DNA of 64,000 nucleotides from Minisyncoccia bacterium (GCA_038230075.1 JBBRNV010000004.1:6047-70046); one strand, 5' to 3'; positions 47,756 to 58,423 are shown, counted from the first letter of the stretch. Notes: generated by a model not told the origin, from the sequence alone. Translations and numbers: made by a program.

Positions 47756-49711
47756 ATGCGAACAGGAATAATGACAATCACCGCCAAAGGTGTCGGTTAT
47801 CTAAAGAATCCACTATTTGAAGAAGACTGGGAAATTGCTCCTGAGCTTTTAAATTGTGCCCTTCATGGAGACGAAGTTGAAGCTGATGAATATCCCCGAT
47901 CAGCTGGAAATACTTTTGCAAATAGTATGTCTTCAAAAACTCAAGCCAAAGTATTAGGAGTAACGAAACGAGCAAAAACTCATTTTGTAGGAACAATCGA
48001 AGAAGACAACGGAAAAGCATTTCTCGTTCCTGACGATAAACGAATGTATGTTGATTTGTTAATTCAAAAAGAAGAAACCATGGGAGCAACTCACGGCACT
48101 AAAGTGTTTGTTGAAATGAAACCATGGACAGATTCTAAACAGAATCCTCAAGGAGTCGTAAAGAAAATTATTGGAGAAAAAGGAAACAATGATGCCGAAA
48201 TGGAATCAATCGTACTTGAACGAGGATTCGATACCGACTTCCCTCCCGAAGTTCTTCACGAAGCACATCTCACAGAACTAAACGAACGAGCTATTCTTCC
48301 TCATGAAGTAGCAAAGCGTCGAGATATGCGTGGAACATTTACTGCAACAATTGACCCATTTGACGCAAAAGACTTTGATGATGCACTTTCAATCAAAAAA
48401 ATTAACGATGACTTGTATGAAATCGGTATTCACATTGCCGACGTATCTCACTATGTTCGTGAAGGAACATCACTCGACAAAGAAGCTCGTAAGCGTGCTT
48501 TTTCTGTATATCTTGTTGATCGAACAATTCCCATGCTTCCACATGTTCTTTCGAACGATGTTTGTAGTTTGAATCCACACGAAGACAAGTTAACTTTTTC
48601 TGCGGTGTTTGAGATGACAGTCAAAGGAGAAATTAAAAATAAGTGGTTTGGAAGAACAGTCATTCATTCTGATAAACGATTTAGTTATGAAGAGGCTCAA
48701 GATGTTCTTAACAATAAAGGAAATGGAGAAGGTGCCGAATTTTTTGAAAAAATGAACTGGTTTAACACCATCGCTTATGCTCTTCGAGACGAAAAAACAA
48801 AAAATGGAGCAATTGATTTTGAAACAACTGAAATTAAATTTAAACTCGATGAAACCGGAAAGCCTATCGAAGTTATAAAGAAAGAAAGATTAGACACTCA
48901 CCGATTAGTTGAAGAATTTATGCTTCTTGCAAACCGAGAGGTTGCTGAGTTTATTTTCAGAGGAGTAGAAAACAATAATAAAGGAAAAGGTTCACATCTC
49001 GGCGTATATCGAATTCACGATGTGCCTGATCATGAAAAACTGGCAGAACTTTCACTCTTTTTGAAAGCACTCGGATATGATCTTGATACTAAAAAAGACA
49101 TCACTCCTAAAGATATTCAAAAGCTATTAAAGCAAGTTGAAGGAGATCCAAACGAAGCACTTATCAAAACAGCAACAATTCGATCAATGGCAAAAGCGGT
49201 CTACTCAACACGAAACATTGGTCACTTTGGTTTAGCCTTCACATATTACACTCACTTCACTTCCCCTATTCGACGATATCCCGATCTTGCAGTTCACCGA
49301 ATTCTTCAAGAGGTGCTTCATGGAAAAATAATGACCGATCGAGAAGCGGCCCTTTACACTCGAATTTGTTTAGAATCATCTGAACAAGAAGTGAAAGCAG
49401 CAGAAGCAGAACGAGCATCAATTAAATACAAACAAGTAGAATACATGATTCCACGACTTGGACAGGTATTTTCTGGAAAGATTTCTGGGGTAACTGAGTG
49501 GGGTCTCTATGTTCAAGAAGAAACAACAATGGCAGACGGCATGATTAAACTTCGAGATCTGAAAGATGACTTCTATTCATTTGATCAAAAGTCATACTCA
49601 ATCATTGGTCAACAGAAAAAGAAAAAATATACACTCGGTGATCCAATCAAATTTAAAATTATGGCGGCAGACCTCGAACGAAAAACTCTTGATTGTGTCT
49701 TGGCTGAATAA
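47756..49711 (+). CDS. rnr: ribonuclease R / RNase II-family 3'-5' exoribonuclease
   Basis: RNB domain (ATIDPFDAKDFDDALS, YSVYLVDRTIPMLP), C-terminal S1 domain. Confidence 0.9.
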   Translation: MRTGIMTITAKGVGYLKNPLFEEDWEIAPELLNCALHGDEVEADEYPRSAGNTFANSMSSKTQAKVLGVTKRAKTHFVGTIEEDNGKAFLVPDDKRMYVDLLIQKEETMGATHGTKVFVEMKPWTDSKQNPQGVVKKIIGEKGNNDAEMESIVLERGFDTDFPPEVLHEAHLTELNERAILPHEVAKRRDMRGTFTATIDPFDAKDFDDALSIKKINDDLYEIGIHIADVSHYVREGTSLDKEARKRAFSVYLVDRTIPMLPHVLSNDVCSLNPHEDKLTFSAVFEMTVKGEIKNKWFGRTVIHSDKRFSYEEAQDVLNNKGNGEGAEFFEKMNWFNTIAYALRDEKTKNGAIDFETTEIKFKLDETGKPIEVIKKERLDTHRLVEEFMLLANREVAEFIFRGVENNNKGKGSHLGVYRIHDVPDHEKLAELSLFLKALGYDLDTKKDITPKDIQKLLKQVEGDPNEALIKTATIRSMAKAVYSTRNIGHFGLAFTYYTHFTSPIRRYPDLAVHRILQEVLHGKIMTDREAALYTRICLESSEQEVKAAEAERASIKYKQVEYMIPRLGQVFSGKISGVTEWGLYVQEETTMADGMIKLRDLKDDFYSFDQKSYSIIGQQKKKKYTLGDPIKFKIMAADLERKTLDCVLAE

Positions 49712-49724
49712 ATCTCAGTAGTAT

Positions 49725-49760
49725 TAAATAAAATGAAACGCCCCGATTTTATTCGGGGCG
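49725..49760 (-). terminator. rho-independent terminator after GC-rich ORF 49780-50304 (minus strand)
   Basis: CGCCCCG-aataaaa-CGGGGCG followed by TTTCATTTTATTT on minus strand. Confidence 0.6.
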
Positions 49761-49779
49761 CTGGTGGAGAATACCACCA

Positions 49780-50304
49780 TCATTCTGCGACTGGGTCGCC
49801 ATCGAGATCGATCACTTGCTTACTATACTTTTCAGCAAGTGTGATGACCTGAAGAACCAGTTCTGAGTTCCTCGCGTCAGGCATGATCAGCACACCTGAA
49901 GTTTTTCTAATGATCACGTCGTGAACCTTTTCACGAGCTCCCGTGAGCCATGTCGGCAAACGTGAATGACCACGACGCGTCTGATTGTTTGCGAACTCCA
50001 TCGAACCTAGCGCGTTGAAGAATGGTCGCATGTCGAGCACGTACATGGTTTGGCGAAGATGTTCCAATACATTTGCGTACATAACCTCATCTGCCAAAGG
50101 AAGGATGCAATCTTGGTGACACATTTGAACCTCACCGTAGAGGGCAAAGAGTCGTTTTTCGGGAGCCGCGCGCAGCATTGCGCTTACCAGACTCGTCGCG
50201 ACCGGCATAAGATGCTGAGGTTCGCGGGCGGCAGCCAACAGTGTTTGAAATTGATCCGACCAAAACTGATTGATGTGTGTGGTAAGAACTGGAACTAAAC
50301 TCAT
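49780..50304 (-). CDS. hypothetical 174-aa protein encoded in a ~50% GC island (candidate horizontally acquired ORFan)
   Basis: ORF with G/C-rich codon usage, own promoter-like TTGACT-N16-TAGACT upstream and own terminator. Confidence 0.5.
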   Translation of the reverse strand: MSLVPVLTTHINQFWSDQFQTLLAAAREPQHLMPVATSLVSAMLRAAPEKRLFALYGEVQMCHQDCILPLADEVMYANVLEHLRQTMYVLDMRPFFNALGSMEFANNQTRRGHSRLPTWLTGAREKVHDVIIRKTSGVLIMPDARNSELVLQVITLAEKYSKQVIDLDGDPVAE

Positions 50305-50413
50305 TTGAGGTGGTGATATCTCCGGTGTGGGGTTAACTGAACGTAGAGCTATGGAACTTCTAACAACTAGTCTATCTATATTTACATCTTAGTCAAAAAA
50401 GAAATAACTGATG

Positions 50414-52219
50414 TTAATTCCCATCTCCGCTTTTCATCATCTTTAAAAATGTCTCATGAGGAATGTTAACTTTTCCTCTTCCTCGTTCTGCCATTTTTTT
50501 CTTTCCTTTCTTTTGTTTTTCTCTAAGTTTCATTTTTCGTGTAATGTCTCCTCCGTACATGTGTTGCGTCACATCTTTTTTCATCGCAGACAATGTTTCA
50601 GATGCAATAATTCGACCAAGTCCTTTTCCTTGAATTTTTGTTGTAAACATTTGTCGAGGAAGAATTCCATATAACTTTTGAACAGCTTTCTGAGCCTCTT
50701 CTTCAATTCGCCTTCGTGATACCACTCGGCAAAAAGCTTCAACAGACTCATCAGCAACCAAAATGTCGAGTCGTGCAACATCAGCAACACGCATTGCATC
50801 AAATTCGTATGAAAGAGAACCGTATCCAGAAGACACACTCTTTAGCTCATCAAAAAAGTTTCGCATCAATTCTCGAAGTGGCATTTTTAAACTGAGCGCA
50901 GTTCTTCCATCGCTAAAAGTCTCTGAGTCTCCCACTTCTGCTTCATGCTCATATAGTAGTTGAAGAATGGGGCCAACATAGTCTGATGGACTAATTATTT
51001 TTATCTTTTCCCACGGCTCTTCAACAGACGCAATTAAGTGTTCATCAGGAAAAAGTGCAGGAGTATAGATTGTTTTTTTAGTTCCATCTTTAAATGTCAC
51101 GATGTATGTAATTGAAGGAGTCGCAATCACCAAATCTAAATGAAATTCTCGTTTCAATCGTTCAGTGATAATTTCAAGGTGTAAAAGACCAAGAAATCCA
51201 CATCGAAATCCTCGTCCAAGTGATGTTGAAGATTCCTCTTCGTATGTAAACGACGAATCAGACAGTCGTAGGCGACCAAGCGCTTGTTTAAAATCATCAA
51301 AGTTATCGGCGTCTTCTGGATAAATAGAAGCCCATACCACGGGAGATGGATTCATATAACCAGGAAGCACAGGAAGTGGATTCTTAAACGATGTTACCGT
51401 GTCTCCAACTGATGCAATACCAGGCTTTTTAATTCCTGTCACAATGTATCCAATATTTCCTGCGGTTATTGAGTCTGCTGATACTTCATCTGGTGTAAAG
51501 ATTCCAACTTCAAGTGCTGTGAACTTTTCGTTTGCTACAGAAAATTGCAGCACGTCATTTTTCTTCACTGATCCGTCAAGAACTCGAACATACACAATTA
51601 CCCCTTTATGACTTGAATATTGAAAATCGAAAATAAGTGAACGAGAGCTCGGTGTTGTAACAAATTCAGAAACTGGCGCTGGAATCTTTTTAATAATTTC
51701 TTCAAGGAGTTCAGCCACACCTTCACCTGTTTTTCCTGATGTTAAAAGTACATCTTCTGGAGAACAATCGATTAACTTACACACCTCTTCTTTTATATCA
51801 GCAATTCGTGCGAGAGGTGAATCAACCTTACTAAGCACAGGAATGATGGTAAGCCCCGCATCGCGTGCCATTTGAAGCGTAGTGAGTGTTTGTGCTTGAA
51901 CTCCCTGTGTTGCATCAACAAGTAAAATACATCCCTCTACTGCCTTTAGGGCTCGAGACACTTCGTAGTAAAAGTCGATGTGACCTGGAGTATCAATTAG
52001 GTTTAAAACATATTCTTTTCCTTCACTGGCATGATTCATGCGCACAGGTCGCATTTTGATAGTAATTCCCTTTTCTCTTTCAAGTTCCATACTATCGAGT
52101 ACCTGAGCCTGCATCTTTCGTTTCTCAATCGTGTGGGTAATTTCAAGCATCCGATCGGCCAAAGTCGATTTTCCATGATCAATATGCGCAATGATGCTGA
52201 AGTTTCTAATAGTATCCAT
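50414..52219 (-). CDS. lepA: elongation factor 4
   Basis: GTPase G1 AHIDHGKST, LepA-specific C-terminal domain, basic C-terminal tail. Confidence 0.95.
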   Translation of the reverse strand: MDTIRNFSIIAHIDHGKSTLADRMLEITHTIEKRKMQAQVLDSMELEREKGITIKMRPVRMNHASEGKEYVLNLIDTPGHIDFYYEVSRALKAVEGCILLVDATQGVQAQTLTTLQMARDAGLTIIPVLSKVDSPLARIADIKEEVCKLIDCSPEDVLLTSGKTGEGVAELLEEIIKKIPAPVSEFVTTPSSRSLIFDFQYSSHKGVIVYVRVLDGSVKKNDVLQFSVANEKFTALEVGIFTPDEVSADSITAGNIGYIVTGIKKPGIASVGDTVTSFKNPLPVLPGYMNPSPVVWASIYPEDADNFDDFKQALGRLRLSDSSFTYEEESSTSLGRGFRCGFLGLLHLEIITERLKREFHLDLVIATPSITYIVTFKDGTKKTIYTPALFPDEHLIASVEEPWEKIKIISPSDYVGPILQLLYEHEAEVGDSETFSDGRTALSLKMPLRELMRNFFDELKSVSSGYGSLSYEFDAMRVADVARLDILVADESVEAFCRVVSRRRIEEEAQKAVQKLYGILPRQMFTTKIQGKGLGRIIASETLSAMKKDVTQHMYGGDITRKMKLREKQKKGKKKMAERGRGKVNIPHETFLKMMKSGDGN

Positions 52220-52233
52220 ATAAAGTTTTGAGT

Positions 52234-53910
52234 TTAATCTACACGTTCTTGGTCGAGAATAACAGTTTTCTGTCTAAATATTTTTGAAGTCAGAACGTGA
52301 GAAACATCTTCAAGCTCTTTTGATTTGAGCAATTTGAGGATTCCGATTCCTGCAACAATACCGAGCATACCAGAAACGAAGCCTTGTGCAAAAACTCCAA
52401 AAACACCGGTGTGTCCAAATACGGGATCAAAGTAACCCAAACCAAGCTTCGCAATAAAGCCTGTAATGATTGCAGCAGCGAAGCCATTAAACATAGTTCT
52501 CCACAAAGCTTTGGTTGAATTGGGAAAATCAGTTTCAAACATGAACCAAAAAATCGCCGTGTTAACAATTGTTCCAATACTAAATCCAAGAGGAAGCATG
52601 AGAACAACAGTTCCTGAAATTCCTTCTACTTTTAATAAATGTTCTATGAATGAAGAGAATACGGGATACCAATAAAAGCATTTAATGAGAATAAATGGTG
52701 CTCCAATAGTTACAATTGATGAGAAAAGGTTAATGACAACAGGTTTCCTGGTGTTTCCTGTGGCGTAATATCCCCGAATAAATAGTTGCTCTAAACTTTG
52801 TGCCACCAGTGAAAAAACAAAAAGTGCTAACGCTGCAGCAGTTAATCGAGTATCTTCCCAATTAAAGTTTCCCGATCCAAGTATTGTTCGAACAATTTGT
52901 GCGCGGAGTGTAATAAATAATACAGAAATTGGAAGTGACCAAAATATAATATGACGAGCAGGCACAACCATGTGTTCAATAAATTTCTCTCGTTCCCCCT
53001 GGCTGAATAGTCGACTAAGTGTTGGAAATGCTGCCAACGAATAACTGACCCCAATAATTGCTAGAGGTACCGACTGAAGATTAAGTGATAAATTAAAAAT
53101 TGAAATAGAACCATTAACCATTGAAGATGCGTAGAATGTGATAAAAATTAATTCAACAGTGGTTGCTGCAAGTGCCAAAGTTCGTGGAAGTGACACTCGA
53201 ATAACGGTTCTAAACAATTTCCAATCTGGCTTAAAAATAAATCGAGGAAGCATTCCTTCGCTAGATACAAATGGAAGTTGAATCAAAAAGTGTAAGAATG
53301 CCCCAATCACTACCCCAACAACGACTCCTGCAATTCCCATATACGGAACGAGGAAAACGATTCCAAAGATAATGGCAGCGTTATACAACAAGGGTGAAAC
53401 AGCATAGAGGAAGAAGCGGTTACGCGATTGAGTAATTGAACCGAACAAGTTTGATATTCCAAGAAATATTGGTTGAAGAAGAAGAATGCGAGCAAGCATA
53501 ACAATGCTTGCGGTAACTTCGACAGAGGTGTTCTGAAGAAAAAACTTTGCCAAATATGGCATTAAGAAAAATGTAATAGCTGAAACAATAATCATCACAA
53601 GAAAAAAACAAGTGAAGATTGAATCCATGAATGATTTTTCTTCTTCAGGTTTTCCTTCTCTTTCTGATAAGAATGGAATTAGAACAGATACTGAAACAAG
53701 AGATGCCACTGATGCATAGATGAAATCAGGAACACGAAATGCTGCATAATAAATATCGAGATATACACCAGGACCAATATGTGCAGCGAGAAGTCGATCT
53801 CGAAAGAGAGCAAGAATTTGTGAGAGGAGGGCAAATCCCCCAAGAAGATAAGCGGCGTGGTGAACACCGCTTATTTCTCTGTTAAGAATTGTCAGCCATC
53901 TCCTTACCAT
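52234..53910 (-). CDS. murJ: lipid II flippase MurJ/MviN family
   Basis: 14-TM MOP-superfamily topology, N-terminal conserved R/D residues pattern. Confidence 0.75.
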   Translation of the reverse strand: MVRRWLTILNREISGVHHAAYLLGGFALLSQILALFRDRLLAAHIGPGVYLDIYYAAFRVPDFIYASVASLVSVSVLIPFLSEREGKPEEEKSFMDSIFTCFFLVMIIVSAITFFLMPYLAKFFLQNTSVEVTASIVMLARILLLQPIFLGISNLFGSITQSRNRFFLYAVSPLLYNAAIIFGIVFLVPYMGIAGVVVGVVIGAFLHFLIQLPFVSSEGMLPRFIFKPDWKLFRTVIRVSLPRTLALAATTVELIFITFYASSMVNGSISIFNLSLNLQSVPLAIIGVSYSLAAFPTLSRLFSQGEREKFIEHMVVPARHIIFWSLPISVLFITLRAQIVRTILGSGNFNWEDTRLTAAALALFVFSLVAQSLEQLFIRGYYATGNTRKPVVINLFSSIVTIGAPFILIKCFYWYPVFSSFIEHLLKVEGISGTVVLMLPLGFSIGTIVNTAIFWFMFETDFPNSTKALWRTMFNGFAAAIITGFIAKLGLGYFDPVFGHTGVFGVFAQGFVSGMLGIVAGIGILKLLKSKELEDVSHVLTSKIFRQKTVILDQERVD

Positions 53911-53913
53911 ATA

Positions 53914-56433
53914 TTAATTCTTTTTGGTCGTCTTCGCAGTTGTGGTAGCTTTTGTTGTTGTCGCTTTAACTGTCTTAGTTCCTTCATTGGTTATTCCAGC
54001 CCCTGTTACCGTAGCATTTGTTCCTTGATCAGTATTTACCGGCAATGATGAGTTTTGATTTGGTAAACCCACTGTTGGTGAAAGTCCAGCATTTAAGTTA
54101 TCGAGTCCTTTTCTAATCGACTCATTATCTGGTAACTGTTTCTGTAACTCTTGAAAGAGTACGAGTGCTCCTGCCTTGTCTCCGTTGTTGTATTCTGCGA
54201 GTGCGAGGAAGTACTTAACATTTGCAACATCAGCCTGACCTCCAACAAGTGAGATTGTTCGCTCAAAGCTTTGAATTGCATCTCCATATGCCTTGTTACT
54301 GTATTGAAGTAATCCGAGTTGGAAATACACGTAAGGATTTGTTGGTGTAAGTGATGCACCTGCCTGCGCTGATTGAATGGCTGTTGCAGCATCCCCTTCT
54401 TGAATCAATGTTTGAGCGAGTAGGAAATATGCGTCTTGATAATTAGGTTTTAGTTGAATCGCTTTTACCAACGAATCTTTTGCCTTGGTTGTATCTTTAT
54501 TTGCGAGTTCAAGTTCTGCAATTTGATATGCAATCAATGGATTATAAGGATTCAATTCTTGAGCTTTCTGATATGAAGCCAGAGATGCATCGTATGCTCC
54601 TTGAATATTAAGTGATACAAAGTTTTGTGCTCCTTGAGCAAGTGCAACATAGTTCAGATAATTTTTTGGATCGTATCCTGTGTTTGGGTCAGTTAACAAT
54701 GTTCGAGCCTGACTTAAGTCATTTGAAGCTTGCTGAATAATGTTTACTGCCTTATCTTTTGTAAGATTTTTATCAGCGAGGGCAGTAAATGCTTCACCTA
54801 ATCGAATCTGAAGTGCCCCTCGAATATATGCATCTGTTGGATCAGACTGAAGTGCTTTGTTGATATAATTTTCTGCAATTCCTAAGTCTTCAATCTTCTG
54901 TGCACCTGAATATGCGATAGCTGCCTTATTTGAATACACTGAAGCAGATACTTTTGAATAAAATGAGAAAGCCCATGAGACAACAAAGATAATAACAAAG
55001 GTCAGTGCAAGAATAGAAAGGAAACTTTTTCGCTTACTTTCTTCAAATGAAATATATTTTTCTTTGAGGAACCCATCTCGAAAGAGCATTCCCATAAATG
55101 CACCTGTGAAAATAAATGCTAATGCTATAACTACCTGTCCCGGTGCGTAAGTCAGAAGCACAATCCAAAATACGAAAGCAACTAAGAATGATGAGATGAC
55201 AATGTAGTTTGAGAAAACATCTCTGTCTTTATTGAATAATGATTTGCAACCCAAAATGAACAGACTTATAAGAAAGATCATCATTGCAAGAAATGCTGGA
55301 ATTCCGGCGGTAATTAAAATAGTTGGAATGTATCCGACAGCATTTGAGAAGTCATAATTCCATGAAGAGGTCACGTTAACTTCTTGTGGCTTGTGGAGTA
55401 ACCAGTAATACGTAAAGTTGTTTGGACCAACTCCTAAGAAATGCTTTTCTTTAAAGAGTGTTCCTGTAAGACTTACTGTTTCTTGCCAGTTTGGAATTGA
55501 GAGGTTAACTGGTGCTCGTGGAACAACATGTGTTGGATCATATAAATGTGTATTGATTTGGTTGTATGCAAGAGTGACACAAATTCCAACAATAAATACA
55601 ACGAGTGATGCAATTGGAACAGTTCGTTTGTGATTTGCTTCTGTCTTTCCTGCATACAGAGATGAAAGAAGATACACGAAAAATACAAGAGCAAACAAAC
55701 CAATTAACGTTGCAAAACTGAAGACGAAGTTTCCCCAAATAAATACAGGGAAGTTAACAAGTGAAAGAATGAGTAAACTTGCACCAAGCATTACGTAGAA
55801 GATGGTTTTCCAAATTCGATTTACTTTTACAAATTCAATACTGATACAAGTAAGAAGTGTTGCAATTCCAGCTAACACTCCAAGTTCTGTCCACTTTCCT
55901 ACCGTGTTGTCAATGATTTGATTACCAGCACTCAACTTTAAGAAGTTGAACATTGCATTACTTCCAAACATTCGAAGAATATGAAAGATAGCTAACAAGC
56001 CAAATGAAGCTCCAAAAGAAGCGAAAAGATAGAAAACTCGTTCTCGAGTTCGAACGATTGAGGCAACAATGAGAGTTAGAAGAACAAGAACCAAACTGAA
56101 ACTCACGGTATCAATATCAAAACCACTCCCCATAATGCCTGTTCCTAGTCTTTTTGTGACAAATGCAGACAATAAATACAAAACAGGTATTGAAATGAGT
56201 GCAATAACAGGAAGACTTGTTGAATAGGTAAATCTTCCCTCTTTAAATGAGTTGATCACTAAGTATATAACGCCAAGAATGACGAAAATAAAGAGTGGAA
56301 TAACCTTAAAGAAAACAAAGCTAATCGGAAGAGTGTTGGTAAAAAGCAATGGAAGCAAGAAGACTAATGCAACAAGATAGCCGTAAATAAACTTTTGAAA
56401 AGAAATTGTTTTAATTCGCTCTAATAAAGACAT
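53914..56433 (-). CDS. O-antigen-ligase-like (Wzy_C) polytopic membrane domain fused to C-terminal TPR repeats
   Basis: ~12 TM helices then repeated TPR-like AxxxY/LG motifs and Thr-rich tail. Confidence 0.7.
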   Translation of the reverse strand: MSLLERIKTISFQKFIYGYLVALVFLLPLLFTNTLPISFVFFKVIPLFIFVILGVIYLVINSFKEGRFTYSTSLPVIALISIPVLYLLSAFVTKRLGTGIMGSGFDIDTVSFSLVLVLLTLIVASIVRTRERVFYLFASFGASFGLLAIFHILRMFGSNAMFNFLKLSAGNQIIDNTVGKWTELGVLAGIATLLTCISIEFVKVNRIWKTIFYVMLGASLLILSLVNFPVFIWGNFVFSFATLIGLFALVFFVYLLSSLYAGKTEANHKRTVPIASLVVFIVGICVTLAYNQINTHLYDPTHVVPRAPVNLSIPNWQETVSLTGTLFKEKHFLGVGPNNFTYYWLLHKPQEVNVTSSWNYDFSNAVGYIPTILITAGIPAFLAMMIFLISLFILGCKSLFNKDRDVFSNYIVISSFLVAFVFWIVLLTYAPGQVVIALAFIFTGAFMGMLFRDGFLKEKYISFEESKRKSFLSILALTFVIIFVVSWAFSFYSKVSASVYSNKAAIAYSGAQKIEDLGIAENYINKALQSDPTDAYIRGALQIRLGEAFTALADKNLTKDKAVNIIQQASNDLSQARTLLTDPNTGYDPKNYLNYVALAQGAQNFVSLNIQGAYDASLASYQKAQELNPYNPLIAYQIAELELANKDTTKAKDSLVKAIQLKPNYQDAYFLLAQTLIQEGDAATAIQSAQAGASLTPTNPYVYFQLGLLQYSNKAYGDAIQSFERTISLVGGQADVANVKYFLALAEYNNGDKAGALVLFQELQKQLPDNESIRKGLDNLNAGLSPTVGLPNQNSSLPVNTDQGTNATVTGAGITNEGTKTVKATTTKATTTAKTTKKN

Positions 56434-56485
56434 GGATTTTGATTAATAATAATATGTCTCATTATTATAACGGATATTAACCCCT

Positions 56486-56516
56486 AATAAAAGCAAATCC
56501 ACAGGTTACCCTGTGG
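56486..56516 (-). terminator. terminator after rnpB
   Basis: CCACAGG-gtaa-CCTGTGG followed by ATTTGCTTTTATT on minus strand. Confidence 0.6.
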
Positions 56517-56517
56517 A

Positions 56518-56900
56518 AAGCTTCTGAGTCTATAAGCCGAATTCTGTAATCATATTCGTTTCCAAATATGATCGGAACGTATTTATCTGTGTTGTGTATT
56601 ACTACACACATCAAGCGGCACTCTCTCTTTTTTACTTTCGCAAAAAAGAGAGTACGGCCTTGCACAGAAGTAAGGATTTTGCCGTTTCACTTTCACCTTT
56701 CGATGAAATTCATCATATCTTACGATACGATGCAGTTGGCTTTCGCCTTCTGCGTCACTGCTCGCACCTCTTGGATTACCCAGACGGGCGTTACCCGCTA
56801 CTTGTGTCTCTCACATTTCTGTAAAAGACTCTGTGTTCGGACTTTCCTCCCCTTCACATTACACGTGGTTATGTGAAAGAGCACGTACCCAACTCAGGTC
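56518..56900 (-). ncRNA. rnpB: RNase P RNA, bacterial type A
   Basis: On minus strand: GGGGAGGAAAGTCCGAACACAGAG (P4 5' strand), GGGTAACGCCCG, AGAAGGCGAAAGCC, and ACAGAATTCGGCTTATAG (P4 3' strand ACAGAAnnCGGCUUA); P1 pairing CCTGAGT/ACTCAG. Confidence 0.85.
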
Positions 56901-56918
56901 TTTAGACTAGCAAAAAAA

Positions 56919-57434
56919 CTAGATAAAGTCGACTGAATCTCCAACTTTTATACCAGAACCACTTAGCTCATCTTTTGAAAGTTCAATAACATACGAAGCG
57001 TCTTTTGTCGGATAAAATACTTGAGGATACGTACCAGGTTCCATATCTTTAACGATAGTAATAACTGTTCTATTTTTATCGAGCCATAAGACATCAAGAG
57101 GAAAACTCATGTCTTTCATCCAGATACCTGAATCATTAATGCTTGCTCGAGGAAATATAAAAAGCATTCCTGTTTCATTTTCTAAGTACGGTCTTCCACT
57201 TAATCCTTTTTGAAGATCTTTTTCATCTGTAACAATTTCCGCATGTATTCTTTTATTTCCAATTTGAATGTCGATTCGCTTTTTTTCGTATAACACTTTG
57301 TCGTCTATAAAATTTTGATTTGCAAATAACTTTTGTGGAAGGTTTCTGATAAAAGGCCGCGAAATAATGAGACCTGCAAAAATAATAATAACAATGATGA
57401 ATGCTGCCATAAGAGTTCGAGAACTGTGACGCAT
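56919..57434 (-). CDS. DUF192 (COG1430) family protein with N-terminal membrane anchor
   Basis: MLFIFPRASINDSGIWMKDMSFPLDVLWLD motif region. Confidence 0.6.
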   Translation of the reverse strand: MRHSSRTLMAAFIIVIIIFAGLIISRPFIRNLPQKLFANQNFIDDKVLYEKKRIDIQIGNKRIHAEIVTDEKDLQKGLSGRPYLENETGMLFIFPRASINDSGIWMKDMSFPLDVLWLDKNRTVITIVKDMEPGTYPQVFYPTKDASYVIELSKDELSGSGIKVGDSVDFI

Positions 57435-57437
57435 GAG

Positions 57438-57845
57438 CTATTCTTTAGATTCAAACAAAAGAGAAAGAGAATTCATACAAAAACGTTTTCCAGTTGGCGC
57501 TGGTCCGTCATCAAACATGTGTCCAAGGTGTGCCCCACATCGAGCGCACAATACTTCAGTTCGAAGCATTCCATAACTTCGATCATCTTTTGCTTCGATT
57601 ACTTCAGGAGAAATAGTGTCGAAAAAACTTGGCCACCCTGTTCCTGAATCATATTTAGCTTCTCCACTAAATAATTCGAGATGACAATTTGAACAGAAAT
57701 ATGTTCCATCTCTTTTTTCTTTATAGTATGAACCTGCGAAAGCAGCTTCTGTTCCGTGTTTTCGAGTAACATGATAGACCTCAGGAGAGAGAATTTCTTT
57801 CCACTCTTCATCTGACTTAACAATCTTTTCTATGTTCTTTAACAT
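57438..57845 (-). CDS. msrB: peptide methionine-R-sulfoxide reductase
   Basis: two CxxC pairs, GWPSF and RCGAHLGHMFDDGP signature. Confidence 0.85.
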   Translation of the reverse strand: MLKNIEKIVKSDEEWKEILSPEVYHVTRKHGTEAAFAGSYYKEKRDGTYFCSNCHLELFSGEAKYDSGTGWPSFFDTISPEVIEAKDDRSYGMLRTEVLCARCGAHLGHMFDDGPAPTGKRFCMNSLSLLFESKE

Positions 57846-57883
57846 TGTATATATAGTATATCAATATACGTATCAAAATTACA

Positions 57884-58423
57884 CTAGTTGGAATACATTC
57901 CCAAAAGCTTAAGTACAGCCGTAACTGCAGGATCAGCATCAGGCCCATATACAATTGCTCCACCTAACGCCCCAGTAATTGTTACTGAAATTAATCCAGC
58001 CAAAGAAAGAATGACGAGATATGCTCGATGTGCGTAAAAGTGATACAGAAATATTTGGATCTTTTTTGCGATAGAAGTAAATGTTGTCCAATTTGGTTTT
58101 AATAATTGCAGCTGTTCGATCCAATTTTGCACAAGAGAAAGCTTTGTAACATAGATAAGAAGAATAAAAACAAAAATATATGCAGTAACCACTGCCCAGG
58201 TATTATGATTTTCAATCAAGTCACTTCTTCCCATGATTCCTTCTGCAATATCTCCTGTGTAAAGCGCTACAAAAATTCCCAAGGTTCCAATAACAAGAAA
58301 AGTAAACTTAATATAAAACCATGAAACGATATGCTGTAATTTTTTAATACTGATAATTTCAAACAATGCATAGACAGTAAGTAACGCTATGGGAAAGTGA
58401 ACGATGATGGGATGTATATTCAT
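57884..58423 (-). CDS. 4-5 TM membrane protein (DUF2231-like, HPIIVHFPIAL motif)
   Basis: hydrophobicity pattern and N-terminal His motif. Confidence 0.45.
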   Translation of the reverse strand: MNIHPIIVHFPIALLTVYALFEIISIKKLQHIVSWFYIKFTFLVIGTLGIFVALYTGDIAEGIMGRSDLIENHNTWAVVTAYIFVFILLIYVTKLSLVQNWIEQLQLLKPNWTTFTSIAKKIQIFLYHFYAHRAYLVILSLAGLISVTITGALGGAIVYGPDADPAVTAVLKLLGMYSN

